Part shown: in pieces, positions 13,501 to 27,150 of the stretch
Numbering within the stretch: position 1 is the stretch's first letter
Layout of the letters: each line of letters begins with the position of its first letter
NCBI GenBank assembly: GCA_040954595.2
Contig: CM082583.2
Coordinates: 8,058,849 to 8,122,848 of the forward strand
Origin: Balanoglossus misakiensis
Lineage: Eukaryota > Animalia > Hemichordata
Direction: 5' to 3'
Length of the DNA stretch: 64,000 nt
The notes under the pieces: model-generated
Told to the model about the DNA's origin: nothing
The model's input: only the letters and a program-made list of their open reading frames with translations
Databases searched by the model: none
Program-made: the position numbers and the translations under genes

Positions 13501-16500
13501 CAAACCGCATATTTTCAAGACAAGATTTATTTGCACATCTGGGGGTATTGTCATTCAAAGGCAGACACACCGATAAAGGCCTACATCTATATGTTGAAGA
13601 GATTTATACAGACGGGGCGTTATATACTTTACGTTTCTTAGTATTTTTAACCACAAGGTACCATAATATTGGCCAGGATATTAGCCAAGAATTTCGTCAC
13701 GTTATTTTGAGAACATCAAAATATCTTCTGATCTGTGGACCCGTAAGTCAATGACGCAAATCAATGCGCCCTTCTGCAAGAGTAGGCAAACATTCAGCTG
13801 ATGACGTCGCAATGACAAATAGCATGAGACAACAAGATACAAACAACATTGTAGGGCAAAAGGTCAAACTAGAGCATTTCTTCATGCTTCTACGAGTCTG
13901 TTTTTTGAGCAAGATACAGACCTACGGAACTTGAACTTCTGAACCATGTATGCTGATGTGAAACAGTACCCTGTATATTTTGTATACACTCACACTAATA
14001 CATGCATACACATGCACACCCAACACAGGAGAAAACTGTCTATTTCAATATGTACTCCTGCCATACATTAATATAGAAAAAATATATCGCCCAGGAATGA
14101 ATTAAATGGATTACTGTTGAATAATTTTATAGTCAAGTACGGATATTTTGTGAAGTGCCAAGCCACTTTATGATGTCGCTTCACACATTTTCAACAACAG
14201 CTGAAATTCTTTAATGTCTCGTAACCATATCATAAAGTACCTTGACCTCTCACTTACACTTAAAAATATTTTTTTTCGCCAAGTTTGCATTTCGGATCCG
14301 TCTGAGTGGCGGCCGAATGCTATTAAGCTCGATTAACATGTTCGCCTTGTTTAATGTTTTGAATGTAAAATGACTTCAGGTCTGTTCAAACTAATTCAGT
14401 CAGTGCGTGCGTTTACTTGTCTGGGAAATGAACACATGTAAGTGACATTTCGCTTGAAAGATGGGATCCAACTGGCGACTATATGTGTCAATTTCCTCAC
14501 TCTGCGCTTAAAACAGCCATGTCTATATCTCGCGTATTGTCACTGACACTTAGCAAGACTATGACGTTAGCCTTGATACTAGAATATGCAAGAAAAAAAG
14601 ACTCGTAAATACACAGGACAACAAGTATACTGAAGAGAATATTGGACCAGTTCTCAAATGAATGAAATTACATGTACCACCAAACCACCACAAAGTATGT
14701 CCCATCCACAAACAAATGCGTCCCACATTCAGCGCTGGACGAACTTCGCTGATCTTCAGAAATAGCATCAAAAGTGCGAACCCGCTTAGCTCAATTGGTA
14801 ATTGGAAATCCAATAAGTACGCAATGTTAGTTCAATCTGTTACCTCTAGGGTAACATGGTGTGGTGATCAATACAACTAATTTTAGAGGCAGCGTTGTCA
14901 TTCGAACGCTTCTCGGGCCAAAGAGTTTGCTGAGGGCGTGAGATAAACTGTTATATAGAAGCGAAGACCTCCGTGTCGTTAATATCATGGTTCAGAAATG
15001 AAAATTGCGAGTAATATTAGAGACATCGTTTCACACCCGCGGATCCGCTGTTTAACTCGAGCGCGTTGCAACTTGAAGGAGTGTAAATTTGATGGTGAAA
15101 GAAAGCGTTTGGAAGAAAAGATCCAATGGTCACATCCGTTTTTTTCTCGCCTAGGCCTGTTTTGGAGCAAACGATTAGAGCAAAGCGAAGAAAAGCTAAC
15201 TCGTTTATAGGGTATTAGGTTACAAGCATACCATATTAACTGCTTTTGAACGAAATATGAATCAGTTGGGGGCTTGAGATAACATGGCGCGGATTGTGTA
15301 TGCGTATAGGAAGGACGCACCTCTCTGATTTATTCCGCTTTGGGGACCAAATGAAATGAAATGAGGTTCACTCAGCAAACGTTTCTTTTTTCTGTGCTCC
15401 CAGTGGAAATCTATCAACTGATTTATAGCGGAGCTGCACGGCAACTGCCGCGGGGGTCATGGCTGGCATATGGTGGCTGATTGCCCGTGTGATGCGATAG
15501 CGCTGTAGCGGTGGTCGGCCCGAGGTCTGGCTGTATTAAATGAAATCATAAATAGATGTCGATGGGTTTTAGTTGACCACCGAGGGCTATTAGAGAAGTC
15601 AGATGTCAGCGGATACGGCTACTGATAAAGGCGGGCGAATGTACAATGAAGAACTGCATCTTTCGCTGTATCCCTAAGTGGAATGATCAATGAAGCTAAG
15701 CACCTGAGAAAAAGAATACTGGCAAACGCATGCGCAAGAGGACGTGTTCCAAACATTGCAAAGCGAACACTTAGAGCACTAGGCGTTTTTTTGTACGTGA
15801 TACACGTGGTAACCATACAGCCTAAATTCGCCGTGAGTTTGAAACCCGCAGAAGAGAGAGATTATTGACTGATTAAGTTGGCTATGGGGATTATACGGTC
15901 TATTTACATTTATTTCAACTGCAATTAGTAATCCTCTAATACACACAAAACTTGTCTTGAACCGTTCTTGAAGTCCTGGTCGTTTGGTCTCTGCGTCCTA
16001 ATTGACAAAACCGCGCTCGATCGAAATGGGCAATATTGGACAGGTGCCAGCCTTCGCTGTGTACAGTGTACATGTATACTCGCCCACTGTTGTTGCCACG
16101 TAAATATACTGTGTTGTGTAAAGCATGCAGTGTATACATATGTTTAATCGCAGTGGTTGGAATGAGCTGCAAGTACTGTGCTTTTCATATTAAGCTGTTT
16201 GGTGGTATGAAAGTCGGTCATCTGATCCGTTCTTAACTTCTTCTAAACACAGTACAAAAATAGAATAATTCTGTAATGAATGGCACTTTCAAATTTGAAA
16301 TTCAAAATGGCCGTCATTACATTATTCTTGACAAACTTACAGTCGATGCTACGACTATTTGACGAAGACCAGTTGCAACGTGCCAGTGCTAAAAAAAACG
16401 TAACACAACAATATAATCCTTCAGGTGGGGTAAACTGAGTTTAAGTCCCATTGTCTTGTAATGTCCTGTCTAATTGAAAATCCGATTGTCTTGTGTTGTG

Positions 16501-19500
16501 TTGTAGTGGAATTCGGTGATAAAAGGCTCAGGGGGGTCGTAAGTCTGAGACCACACACAATTGTAGTTTGACTTTATTGTGTTTCCGACGCACTTATGGA
16601 TAGGTATGGTGTCTAACTTCATCATCCGTGGCCAGCTAGGGATGTTAGGGAACGCTGAACTGTTCCCCGACCAGGCAAACGTTTCGGCAACTGTTATCTG
16701 GAAATTATATGCGCATGTGCGCACATGAAGGAACTTTGCAAAATGAAGGTATCTGTTTGTATTGCGACCATTGTGTCACACAGAAACGAAGGTGAAAAGG
16801 CCGTGTGTACATACCACGTCTATCAACTGAGACATCGTGAGTGCAAGTTCTACCACCAGCAGATCGGTGACATTTCGGACGGGTCGTATCAGTCGATTGT
16901 AGTTCTTGAACAGCTCGCTGAACAGCCTCTCTTCCGGTTCCGCTCCAGCCGACACTGGTAGGAGAAAAGAGAGAGAAGTTCTAGGTACTCTGAATTAACC
17001 ATCTCAACGCCATAGTAAACGTGTAGTTTTTCACAAAAATGTTTGCTGACATACTAAAATCCACCCCCCCCCATAAATCAAATTGTTCTCCCCTAAAAAT
17101 GGGGCTCACTTGCACTGATGAACAATTTAACTATGGCAGATGAAGAAATAGTGATTTGATTGACGTGAACCGGTGTCGCTGACAGCGGGTGATAGAGGCT
17201 TCACGATCTCTTTGCAATTGCAAGTGTTTCATGTCTCCACTGGCAAAACAACATTCTAAGCGATGTCGCTTGTGTTTGGATATGAAAGTTTGATATTGCT
17301 GTCCACATAATTGAGCACGTCATTTCCGGAACAATCGTTTGAATCCGACTGTATAACAAAGTGAGTCTTATATACGATAAGCTGCCGATGAGCGCTCACT
17401 GTCTCTCTGCAAGTTAACTAAGAATTGATAATGTATAAGAGAACGGTCCATTTGGTATTAGTCAAGAACGGTCGCCCCTGTGTCCCCCTGGGGCACGAGG
17501 TCAATTGGAGTACAAAACGGCAATTTGTAAAGACATTCGCACTGGGCAGAATTCTTTGGTCGGAGGCGGAACCTAACCGAGCCGAAAATTACTTTGCTGC
17601 TGGTCAATTCCTTGTGGCTGGCAGCAGTACAAACAGCCTGGGTCCAAAAGTAATTTGTAACCGGAGAACAATGTGACGCACTGCGGGGAAAATGGTCGGG
17701 CCACTTCACGCCGTGTGATCCTACACGCAACACGTGAGTGAACGCACGTGTAATGTAATGGAACCCGGCGGAGCAAATGAGGACAGGAATAAAGCCCAGT
17801 GGTATGATTTGGTGTCCCGGATGAAGTTTGAAATTGGCCATGTTGGTGAGTTCGTGCATGGACACAGTAGAAAACAAGAATGACTGGTGTCTCATTCTAC
17901 TATCTATAGTATAATGGTATTGGGATCTGAGCATACGCGCATGCACAAAGAAATGCAGGTAAAGCAGACGACAAATTGTGCATGTATCGGGATCGATTCG
18001 CATCATTTGAGGAGTCTGTATTCGGTACTGTTGGCACAGCTGCTTTTTGAGTTTGCTGGGGAGGAAGATTTATAGCAGCACCAGATAAATTCCAATAGAA
18101 ATATGTATCTAGAGAGCTTTTAGTACTCATTGAGTGCAGGTCTGGGGAATTCGGGCTATGCAATCGGTGTCAAGTAAAATGTGAGCTTCCCCCCAGCCTT
18201 AGCGGGCACCGTCGCTGGCCAGAAATGCGACCTTTTCTCTGTCATTCTTTTTTATGAAAGCGATCCTCTACAAAGACAATCAAGAGAGTTCGCCGATAAA
18301 CTTGCAGAAATCGATCAATACACTGCATAACACCAATGTTGATTACACCGCCCCGATTGTCTGTGTCGATATAACTTTAATCGCGCGACTCTCTAAGTCA
18401 GAAATTAGTGTTGGAAATTACGTGATTATGAGCGAAAATAAACGTGGCCCTGGAGTTGTTAATTTAACAGAACGCATCTTCGAGATGATGGGCAACACTT
18501 GCGCATAGTTTTCAAACTGGAAAGTGACCTCGAATATGAAAAGATACAATTGCGAATACCTCCGCATTAGCAAGTTTAAAGTAAAGATAGGGTTATACAG
18601 AAACGCCATGCTGGTAATTGCGAGGTAACAGAGACAATAGTTCGACGTTTATGATTGTTAGAAATATCAGACAGTTAATTGGCAACACGATTATACACAT
18701 CCTTATTAACAGATGGCCTAGCATCGGATGAAAAAGACCCAGATCTCCTACGACCAGAATTCCATCCAGTCGCTTCGGGGCATGCCGACTGCTCTGGAAA
18801 TAATTGCCGTCGGTGATTATCGTAGTTGTCTCTGCCCTTTTAATTGCCTCGAATCTCAACCGACGTGAAGGCTTTTCATTTATTTCGTAATCGTTGACGA
18901 AATATCTCAAGAGTCATATTTTGTCTGGAACCTGCGTATCTCGTGTACTGGCATGCGAGATTTCGGTGTGTTTAATAGGAGTCAAATCACACAATTCTCG
19001 TGGTTTTATTCCACTCAAATTATGCGCGTCTTCTTGTTATACGCCGATTGGGCGTGATATCAGTCTGTCAGTAAATTGTAGTGCTTGATATCTTATGGAA
19101 ATCTTGACTTTTGTTACCCTAAGACCCTACTTTGTATTCGGTTTATGTTACGTTCGTTTCAACGAAAAGACAGCGACGCACAACAGAAAGACAACGATCA
19201 TTGTCTGTGTGTCTGCATGCTTTTTTATAGCATTTGTTATCGCACATCCAATTACACGCGTCAATAACTCATAAGCGCTACTGAATGCGTAACCAGATAT
19301 AACCTGCTGCGAACGAAAATTAGGTGCGTAGACGAATGATCTGTCCATTGTAGTTAGGACAGGTACTTCTCGGCTATGTTGACAAGCAGAATACTTATTT
19401 TAGCATGTTAGGATATAGAACTAGAAACACAGAACAAAATACTGAAAAAAACAGCCGAACGTTAACCTTATATTGAGTTTACAGACATATCACCGATACT

Positions 19501-22500
19501 TTCTGGCCAAATATTTGCTGTCCAATTTCATCGGCATCGGATTTATCGAGGGATAAACGCAAACACGACGGACGGGGGGAAAGAATGCCGACCATCCGTA
19601 GCCCGTCTCTCAAATTTCCACCAAAAGTGATCGTATTTCAAAATCCTAATAAAATCGCCTGATGGATCACGTACCGCCGGATTCCACGCGCTACTTTCCA
19701 GTAACACAGAGTACACTTCTGTAAGTGGTCCCCGAAGAATAAACACGATGACCGATAAATGATAGAATGGCCGACAGGCGGGTTAGTACTCTGTCGCGAA
19801 TAGCCGGACGGTTACCTCGTGTAACAGTTCAGTTACAGAAGCATTTATTTATTCAAACACGCAGCATTCTAAAACGCAAATGATGAAATAGATGCACGCC
19901 AGGGAAAGACTGTTAAATCACCATCAAATAGTAAATCAGGGCGTGACAAATGAACGGCTTTGATAGCAAAACGGGAGTTGAAGACGAAGGGGAAAAATAA
20001 CTCCAAGAAAACAAAAAGACCGTGATTTCTCTTTGGTTTATACAGCAACTGGCGCGAATACGAAGCTTCGTGACGTAAGTCAACAACGCTAGTTTTAATA
20101 CGCGGTCATTCAGGCATCTTCAATTCTATTGACAATGCCTGACCTCCCGGGAAGGAAAATCAATCGATTCTGGCAATTAAAACGTGGCGTTGCGTCAAAT
20201 GCCGTGTGTCTGTCTATGGTTCTCCCCATTGTAACCTATAGCTGCTGAATCGCGTAGATTTGTGGATTTTTTTGTACCCTTGTGATGGTGATGTCCACGT
20301 CCCTTTCTCAGCTTATTCTTAGTTAGTTTCTTCATTCTGTGCTCTGATTATTTTTTTATTAGTTTATTCAATCACTTCGGGTAATTATAATTGAACAGAC
20401 CAATACATGTCCAATAAGCCCGCGTTAATTGCATTATTACCTTAACTACCTGGATTACCACGTGTGCGAACGCTGTGTTAATTCGGCGAAAAATCGCTTT
20501 GAATTAGCTTGCTTTGACGGATTACCGAATGCGAAACGAACAAAACACTACAAACGAACACAATATATGCAAGTATTTGCATATGTAGATGTCAGATCTT
20601 TGATGGATGCTCTAAAAATAAGCAATGTCGCTATTATGACAATATAAATCCTTGGACGAAAAATCTGAATATTCAGACTGCGTCAGTGTACTTGTGTTGA
20701 TTTCTTAACGTCTATGAGTGTAGGCGGTGGCCCCTCGGAGCATTTGTTTGTCGTGTACTTTCGACAAATGCAGAGCAGACGGCGGATGTCACTAACCTGT
20801 GTTAGCACTGGAGAAATATCACGTGACTGTGTGCATCTTTGGTATTGATATTTGTTATTAAGAGCGCAGAGCACTCCATTTCACTGTCGAAACGTATGAG
20901 CTGGTTATTTGCAAATGGTGGAAGATCTCTGTTCCAATTATGGGGGGGGGGAGAGACGCACACAGAACTGTAAATAGTATGTAATATGCAGAAAATATAA
21001 CTAATGCGCTTAGTTCTACATAGCTAATTCACGCCGTCTGTCATTGCAGCATTCCAAATCAAGCGTGGATAAACACACTTGTGAAATAACTGCATTTTGG
21101 TCAATCAGTTGCAGGGAAAATAAACTCTTGCATCAATCACAACCGTGGCACAAGTCCAGAATCCATTTTTGAAGGTCGTCGCGGCACTCAAATTCTAAAT
21201 ATAACACTCCACACGACCGCTTCATGTTTAACTGCATACTTCTGACACGCCTTATATGAACAAGGCCACGCGTTTTTATTCAACTTATGATGTAATATTG
21301 ATCGGCCTATTTTCTGTCGCGTCTATCGAAGCCAGGGTTTCATTTTTTTCTCTCGAAAAAATGGGACATGCAGCTGTTACAGATTCACAAAACAAACAAA
21401 TGCGCATGTCCATGGATTTACAGTAGAGTACATGTGAACGAATTCCCGGGGTGTTTTAACAGGAACGTTCAGGGCTGGGGGCATCATTGCAGTGTTAATA
21501 ACGGAACCTTTGTTGCAACTTTCGACACCATTCTGCATTTTTCTGTTTCTTACAACCAAAGAAAACGATAAATCCACTGGCTTTGTACAATCAAGCTAAA
21601 GCACACATCTCATAAATTATTATTTTGACAATTTAATGCCAGACCAACCAGCAATGTACATATACATGTACCATCATTTTGCAATATTAGAACGCGTAGC
21701 ACGCCTACTTGTCTTTTGAATACGATAACTGGAACCCAACATGAATTCAAACACTGTATAAGTACTGCAATATTTGTTGCCGCCGGTTGCAAATATTAGA
21801 CCGGGAATCACATTTTTTGTCCCTCAGCAAAAAAATGACGCAACACTTCCCCGGATTACCCAATGAACACACCATTCCCACGTTCTGTAATTGAATATCA
21901 TGCCTTCCAGATATTTTACTTCGGGGTATTTTAAGAGAGCGGGCGTGAACGTGTCGATGTCGTAATAGGAACCAGAGATAATATTGCTATTCATTCCCTG
22001 CCCCCGGCGTTAGGGCTACTGCACCAGCCTAGCTACTTAATCGCCACCACTCCCGAGTAAGAATAGTGACCAGCGGATAAATTGCGTCTCTTCCCGGACA
22101 ATTCCAACGTTTGCCTGATCGTCCGCGAAGTCAATTAGCAGCTGCCTTTTATCAGAGAAGAACGTTGGTCCAGACGTTCAATGAGCTTGCTATGATTTGT
22201 CTCCGAGATGCCACCGGCCACTTCTAGAATCCTAACAACATCTGTATGGGATTTCGTTGGCACCATTTGCCCCGCAGGCAAGGTTGTTCTCACTTGTGGT
22301 TTACACTGGGATGCGTCGATGCCTTTACCCCCCCCCCCCCCCTTTTTCCGTCTCCTCCAAAAGAGATGAATAAGCCTCCAGGGTAAAGGTCAATGGCGGT
22401 GTAAACAGTTTCACTGATTCTGACGTAGCTGGAAAACCTTGCAATCCATTCTTAAGATAAATGGGAACGTTTTCACAAAGGACGGTGCATTTTCAGTGCG

Positions 22501-25500
22501 ATTTGTCAAATTTCAGACGTAAATATTTCTGTTCAAGTTGCAGATTCCGAGGCCGCGAAAAGGGTGATGCATATAGTTGTCTCCGGGCAGGTTTCTCAAA
22601 GTTTCCAGACTTTGGTAGAATCTGTCCTTCCAAACAAAAAACGAGTCTTGAAAATCTATTCGCTTGTGAATCTGACCTACAGTTGCTTTATTACGAACCA
22701 GTTTTCAATATAGTTTGGGAGCGATGCCGCGCAGAAGGCTAACAGGCAGTTTGCCCAATAAAGGAACGCGATGGTTGTCCAATGAAAACGATGTCACACG
22801 TCGAATGACAGGCGGACATGGCGACCATGGTAACGTACTGGCATTTGCGGAAGACTTAAATCAAATGGAAAATGGATTTGACTTATATACAAAGATGCTT
22901 AACATTTCTAAATTAAGTTCGTAGTCATTAAGCTACAACGGTATACCCAGCGCCTATATGCTGCAAGTTGTGGTGACGTCATGGGTTCACAGGCCACGGA
23001 TAAGCTGAGATGTGGCCTCAAAAAACATCGACGTCACATCTATCATTTTATAGAAACCGATATTTCGGCTTCGCCGTCTGGTAGGCATATATCCCGACAT
23101 GCAGCGGGAGACCCCAGAATGTCATGCTGTAACTGTTTAATTAATTATAATTAATTTCACGTGGCAACAGCTGCGATATATCTCCATTTTCACTTGCACC
23201 GATTTCATGGGTTCGTGACTAAGCCAATCTCGCCGTGAATAATTCATCGTTGCCAAACAACTTTGCAGACCTAGGCGCCATTACTAAACGGTAAATTATC
23301 GAATGCAATTGGTCAGTTTGATTCGACGAGCTGATATTAATGGTGACGACAAAATACACGCTTTTGTTCTTTTTTCTCTCCCTAAAACTATAAAGAAAGT
23401 TCATTAGTTTTATTGCCCCGGTCTTTAAGACGATATAACCGGATAGCTTTTTTTTTCTTTATGGTATTTAAATTGAGATATCTGGATGATGACACCGGGC
23501 TTCCGTTTATAAGACGTTATTTAGTCCTAGTAAAATGATTAATGTTAGCAGAAACGGCGGTCACTGCGTCTACATGTAGATATTAAATTACAACGCGTTC
23601 CGCCTTGTTTCACAACCTCTGTAACTCGACATGTTAATCACGCACGGGCGATGTCCGAATCCAAACACGGGCGTTTGATCGAGTCGTTATCAATGACTTC
23701 TGATTTGTAGGATATAGCCAGAGACTGACGCACGAAGAACCAAGCCAGGTGCACGGAATTGGTACACCTGGCAAAGCTACCGACCATGCTTACATGCGCA
23801 GTGAATTATTTTGGTCGATTTAGCACTAATGCTTTCCTGGACTATATGTTCCGCCTACATCTGTTTGCCACTCAGACTGATATGAAATTTTGATGTTTCG
23901 GCACAGGAAACAGTTGGCGGTTACTAATCTGGGCTGTGGGCTATACACAGACTGCGCAAAACGCCGTAGTTTAGATTTAGTGTTTCTTGTGGGAGTGCGG
24001 CGTTTTAACTTCATTAATCATCATAAACGGGGCAGCGTAATTGGTAAGAGCCAAATAAGTAATCAGGTGGTCTATAGTCTCATAACTATATATAGAAGAA
24101 CGGATTTTTATAAAATATTAATCGGGCTGCCAAAGTGGTGAAATTCGCGCTGAAAGTACTCGGTAGCTGGCTGTTATAGTCCGTGATCATAAATCAATAA
24201 ATCACGAATACAATATGCTTCGGGTCTCATGTGTTCAGTCTCTGTCACGGAGTACAGGTGCGTGCGAGGCCATTGTTTGTCCCGTGACCGTACAACGAGA
24301 TCGCGGAATCGAGCTCATCATCGCAACTACATATCAATCGTGTCTCGCCTTTCCGTTGCGTAGGCCGAAATACAGTTCACTGTCCGTCAGCATGGCATTG
24401 GGTGTTCGGTTTTGTAATAAATTTCAACCGAACGGGACCCAAGACACCACCTGACCCAGAGAAATCAATGAAAGCGTCGATGACGACGCATTGTTTCTGG
24501 CGTGACCTGGGAGGAATTATTGTTTTGTGGAATGTTTTTCATGCCATTTACATCTAAATTAAATTCCGAGGGAAGATTCACTCGACCTTTATCGTCCACG
24601 CCCACGATGCCGCCTGACCCGTTGAAAATAATATCAAGTTTATTTATCATGATCACCGTCTCTTTACCTTACTTTTCTTTAAAGTTGCATTTTCCATTTC
24701 GAATTTGACACAAACGACCAGTTCAGCAAGCAATCAAACTTCAGTCAATTCGACGTTTTATTCCCGGCGAAAGAGTCAGGGCTATGTCGTTGAGCAATGG
24801 AAGGTTCGTGAAATACTCTTACGAGAAAATATGCAACTACATAAAACAACTGCTGTAATATTTCACACAACACTCTTGTAGGAATGAAAAATAATATACC
24901 AACTCTACTTAGGACCAAAACTTACGGAATTGGTACAGAGTACGGTCTGGGAGAAGATTTAGCGAATATTTATGAAACCTTTTCTCTGGTCTACAAGCCT
25001 AGGATGTTTCGCTGACGTTCTAATAAATTTCTGCTTTTCACTGTTACATGTTATTAAGTTGTTGGTGTTTTTGAAGAGATATGGGGCACAGAATACATAG
25101 AAAGAGTGCTGTCTGTTGCTGTCTGGTGACTTCAACGCGGGTTGGGACGGTCAGATATGCGAACTTCAAATCAGGCAAAACGAGGTTGGATGTCATTAGC
25201 AAATCAATTACCCCGAAATAACCCTCTATACTTGTTTTACTTTCTTTCTCTCTTTCTCTCTGGGGAACGAAAGTTGTAAACAGTATCCATGGCGACATAA
25301 CACGCCAAAGTGTGTGGGTACATTCTTTCATGTTTTTGAAAACCTCTGTTATTATTTCGTGTTTTCCGACCAATTGTTGATTGTTTGTTCTGGGACGGCA
25401 CTCTGAACAGCACAGGTTTGGTCATGCGTCACACCACACCCCACAACGTTGTCGATCTCGAAAATCAATCACGATTACTTAAAAGTTTTGGTTTTAGATA

Positions 25501-27150
25501 CTCGCCCACATATCTTGCTTTCTGTTTAGATGACAGAATAATAGTGATTTCGCAGCCTGAAACTCTAATTAAGTATTCGCTAACATTGACTCTGTACTAA
25601 GAACAAAAGCAACGGTCGTTGAATGGACCTCTTGATGGAAAAGACAAATTTGAGTGGCGGCTTTACTGCTTAAATGTATTCAGTCCTTTCAGATCACATG
25701 AATAGTTTTACAAGCGTTAGTGTTTTTTCGTGGTCTCAGCTTTTTTTCCACCAGCAACAAAGCAGTGCTCGAACGATGACAGACTCCTCACACACAAGAG
25801 TGCACTGGATTCCACGCATAGGGACATCAATAGACCCATTCTTGGTCTCCTTTTCTTGTGTCACTTTCTTCGGCGTTTGCGGACTCAATTAGGGCCGCTG
25901 CGTATGTTTGTTTTACGTGTTCGAGTGCCTCGGCGGTCCCGTCGCGGCGTGTCGGTCTTTGATTTGTCCTTTGTTCGCCCGGAATGGGGTGCAAGTTCAG
26001 ACGTCTGATGCTTCGGCTTTCGTTATATCGATCGCGCGATCGCTGTGCCATGCCCCCCCCCCCCCCCTAATTTCTCTTCGCATCAAGCCACGTTCAAATC
26101 CACCGATCGGCCTTGTTTGGAGAAGATTTCCCGTTAAACAGAAACCCACGTCGGATGTGTCATCGACCGCAAGGCTTGTTAACTACTACGATAAAAATAA
26201 AGGCCGACAAAGTTTAGTGTCTGGCTATTCCCCAAGTGCAATTAACAATTAGCGAGCAATTTGTGGTCATCATCTATTTAAAAAGGCGGAGGTGGACGCC
26301 AGACTGTAGCCATCGTCGTCCAATGAGATTACAACACGATTAACCAACGGTTGCGTCTTGCATAACCCGAAGCGTTGTTTTTTGTAAACTCGGTTTACTG
26401 CGATGCCTTTCACTCGGGCTGTCGTCACCTGCTCCGAGCAAAATGTTATTCTTGCGTTCGCCTTTTTTTATCTCTTCGAGTTAGATCCGGCGTGTGATAA
26501 TATATATGCTTGCGCATTGACGATATTAATTTCATCGAAAAATACTTAAAAGGGTGACATTGATGAATTGCTGCCATCCGTCCACCTCGCACGCATCGCT
26601 CATCTAGCGTAAAACTCATGTCAAGTGCCTCGCTCGCCAAATGTGGATTTACAGCCTTTGATTGGCATGTTTGTCGCACCCGTGGTCGCACTAAAGTTGC
26701 CGTGGTGTAACGCACAAGTGCGGCCGTGTTTTAACCACCGAGGCAACAACGGGCAACTCGTGCGCAGAGCCGAGCTGGAGAAATCTGATCTCTACTGATA
26801 GTGTATTATCTTTCAATAGCGAAAACTAACCAGGGACAATTCGGTTGGAGATACACGCCTGGCGTTTTACAAGGTTCACCAATACACATACCGCTCACAC
26901 TGAGAATACCAGTAGTTAATTGAAGGGTTTTAATAAAGTCTATTCCCCCTTCTGTATGCTTCAGAATACTGAGTTGACAATTCTGATTTCGTTTTACATC
27001 CGAACTCTGATCCTATCAAAATCATGGACTCTCTAAAAAGTTCAAACGCTCATGATTAAACGTTCGCGTAAAAAAATCTCACTTACCCTCAGAAGCGGGG
27101 ATCGCTACCAGACACGCAAATAAAACGAGAACCGCGCTGAATGAATCCAT
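10574..27150 (-). CDS. Nicotinic acetylcholine receptor alpha-type subunit (neuronal alpha2-6-like exon structure), ~496 aa, 6 exons
   Basis: Exons: 27150-27087 (signal peptide [21 protein letters not shown], donor gtaagt), 16954-16815 ([19 protein letters not shown]...SQLIDV), 13025-12981 ([15 protein letters not shown]), 12547-12438 (QWTDYRLTW...WLPDVVLFN), 12106-11116 (Cys-loop [27 protein letters not shown]1-3, M2 [20 protein letters not shown]), 10714-10574 ([20 protein letters not shown]4, TAG). All introns are GT-AG, phases are consistent and the CDS totals 1491 nt. Exon 1 is the least certain. Confidence 0.95.

Noticed and set aside
17110-17232. Donor-like gtgagc just upstream of nAChR exon 2 as a candidate exon 1
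   Set aside because: The frame that would join exon 2 has an upstream stop and no ATG; the exon at 27087-27150 gives a proper signal peptide.
17458-18910. 182-aa and 105-aa ORFs in nAChR intron 1
   Set aside because: No recognisable domain or supporting splice sites; consistent with chance ORFs.
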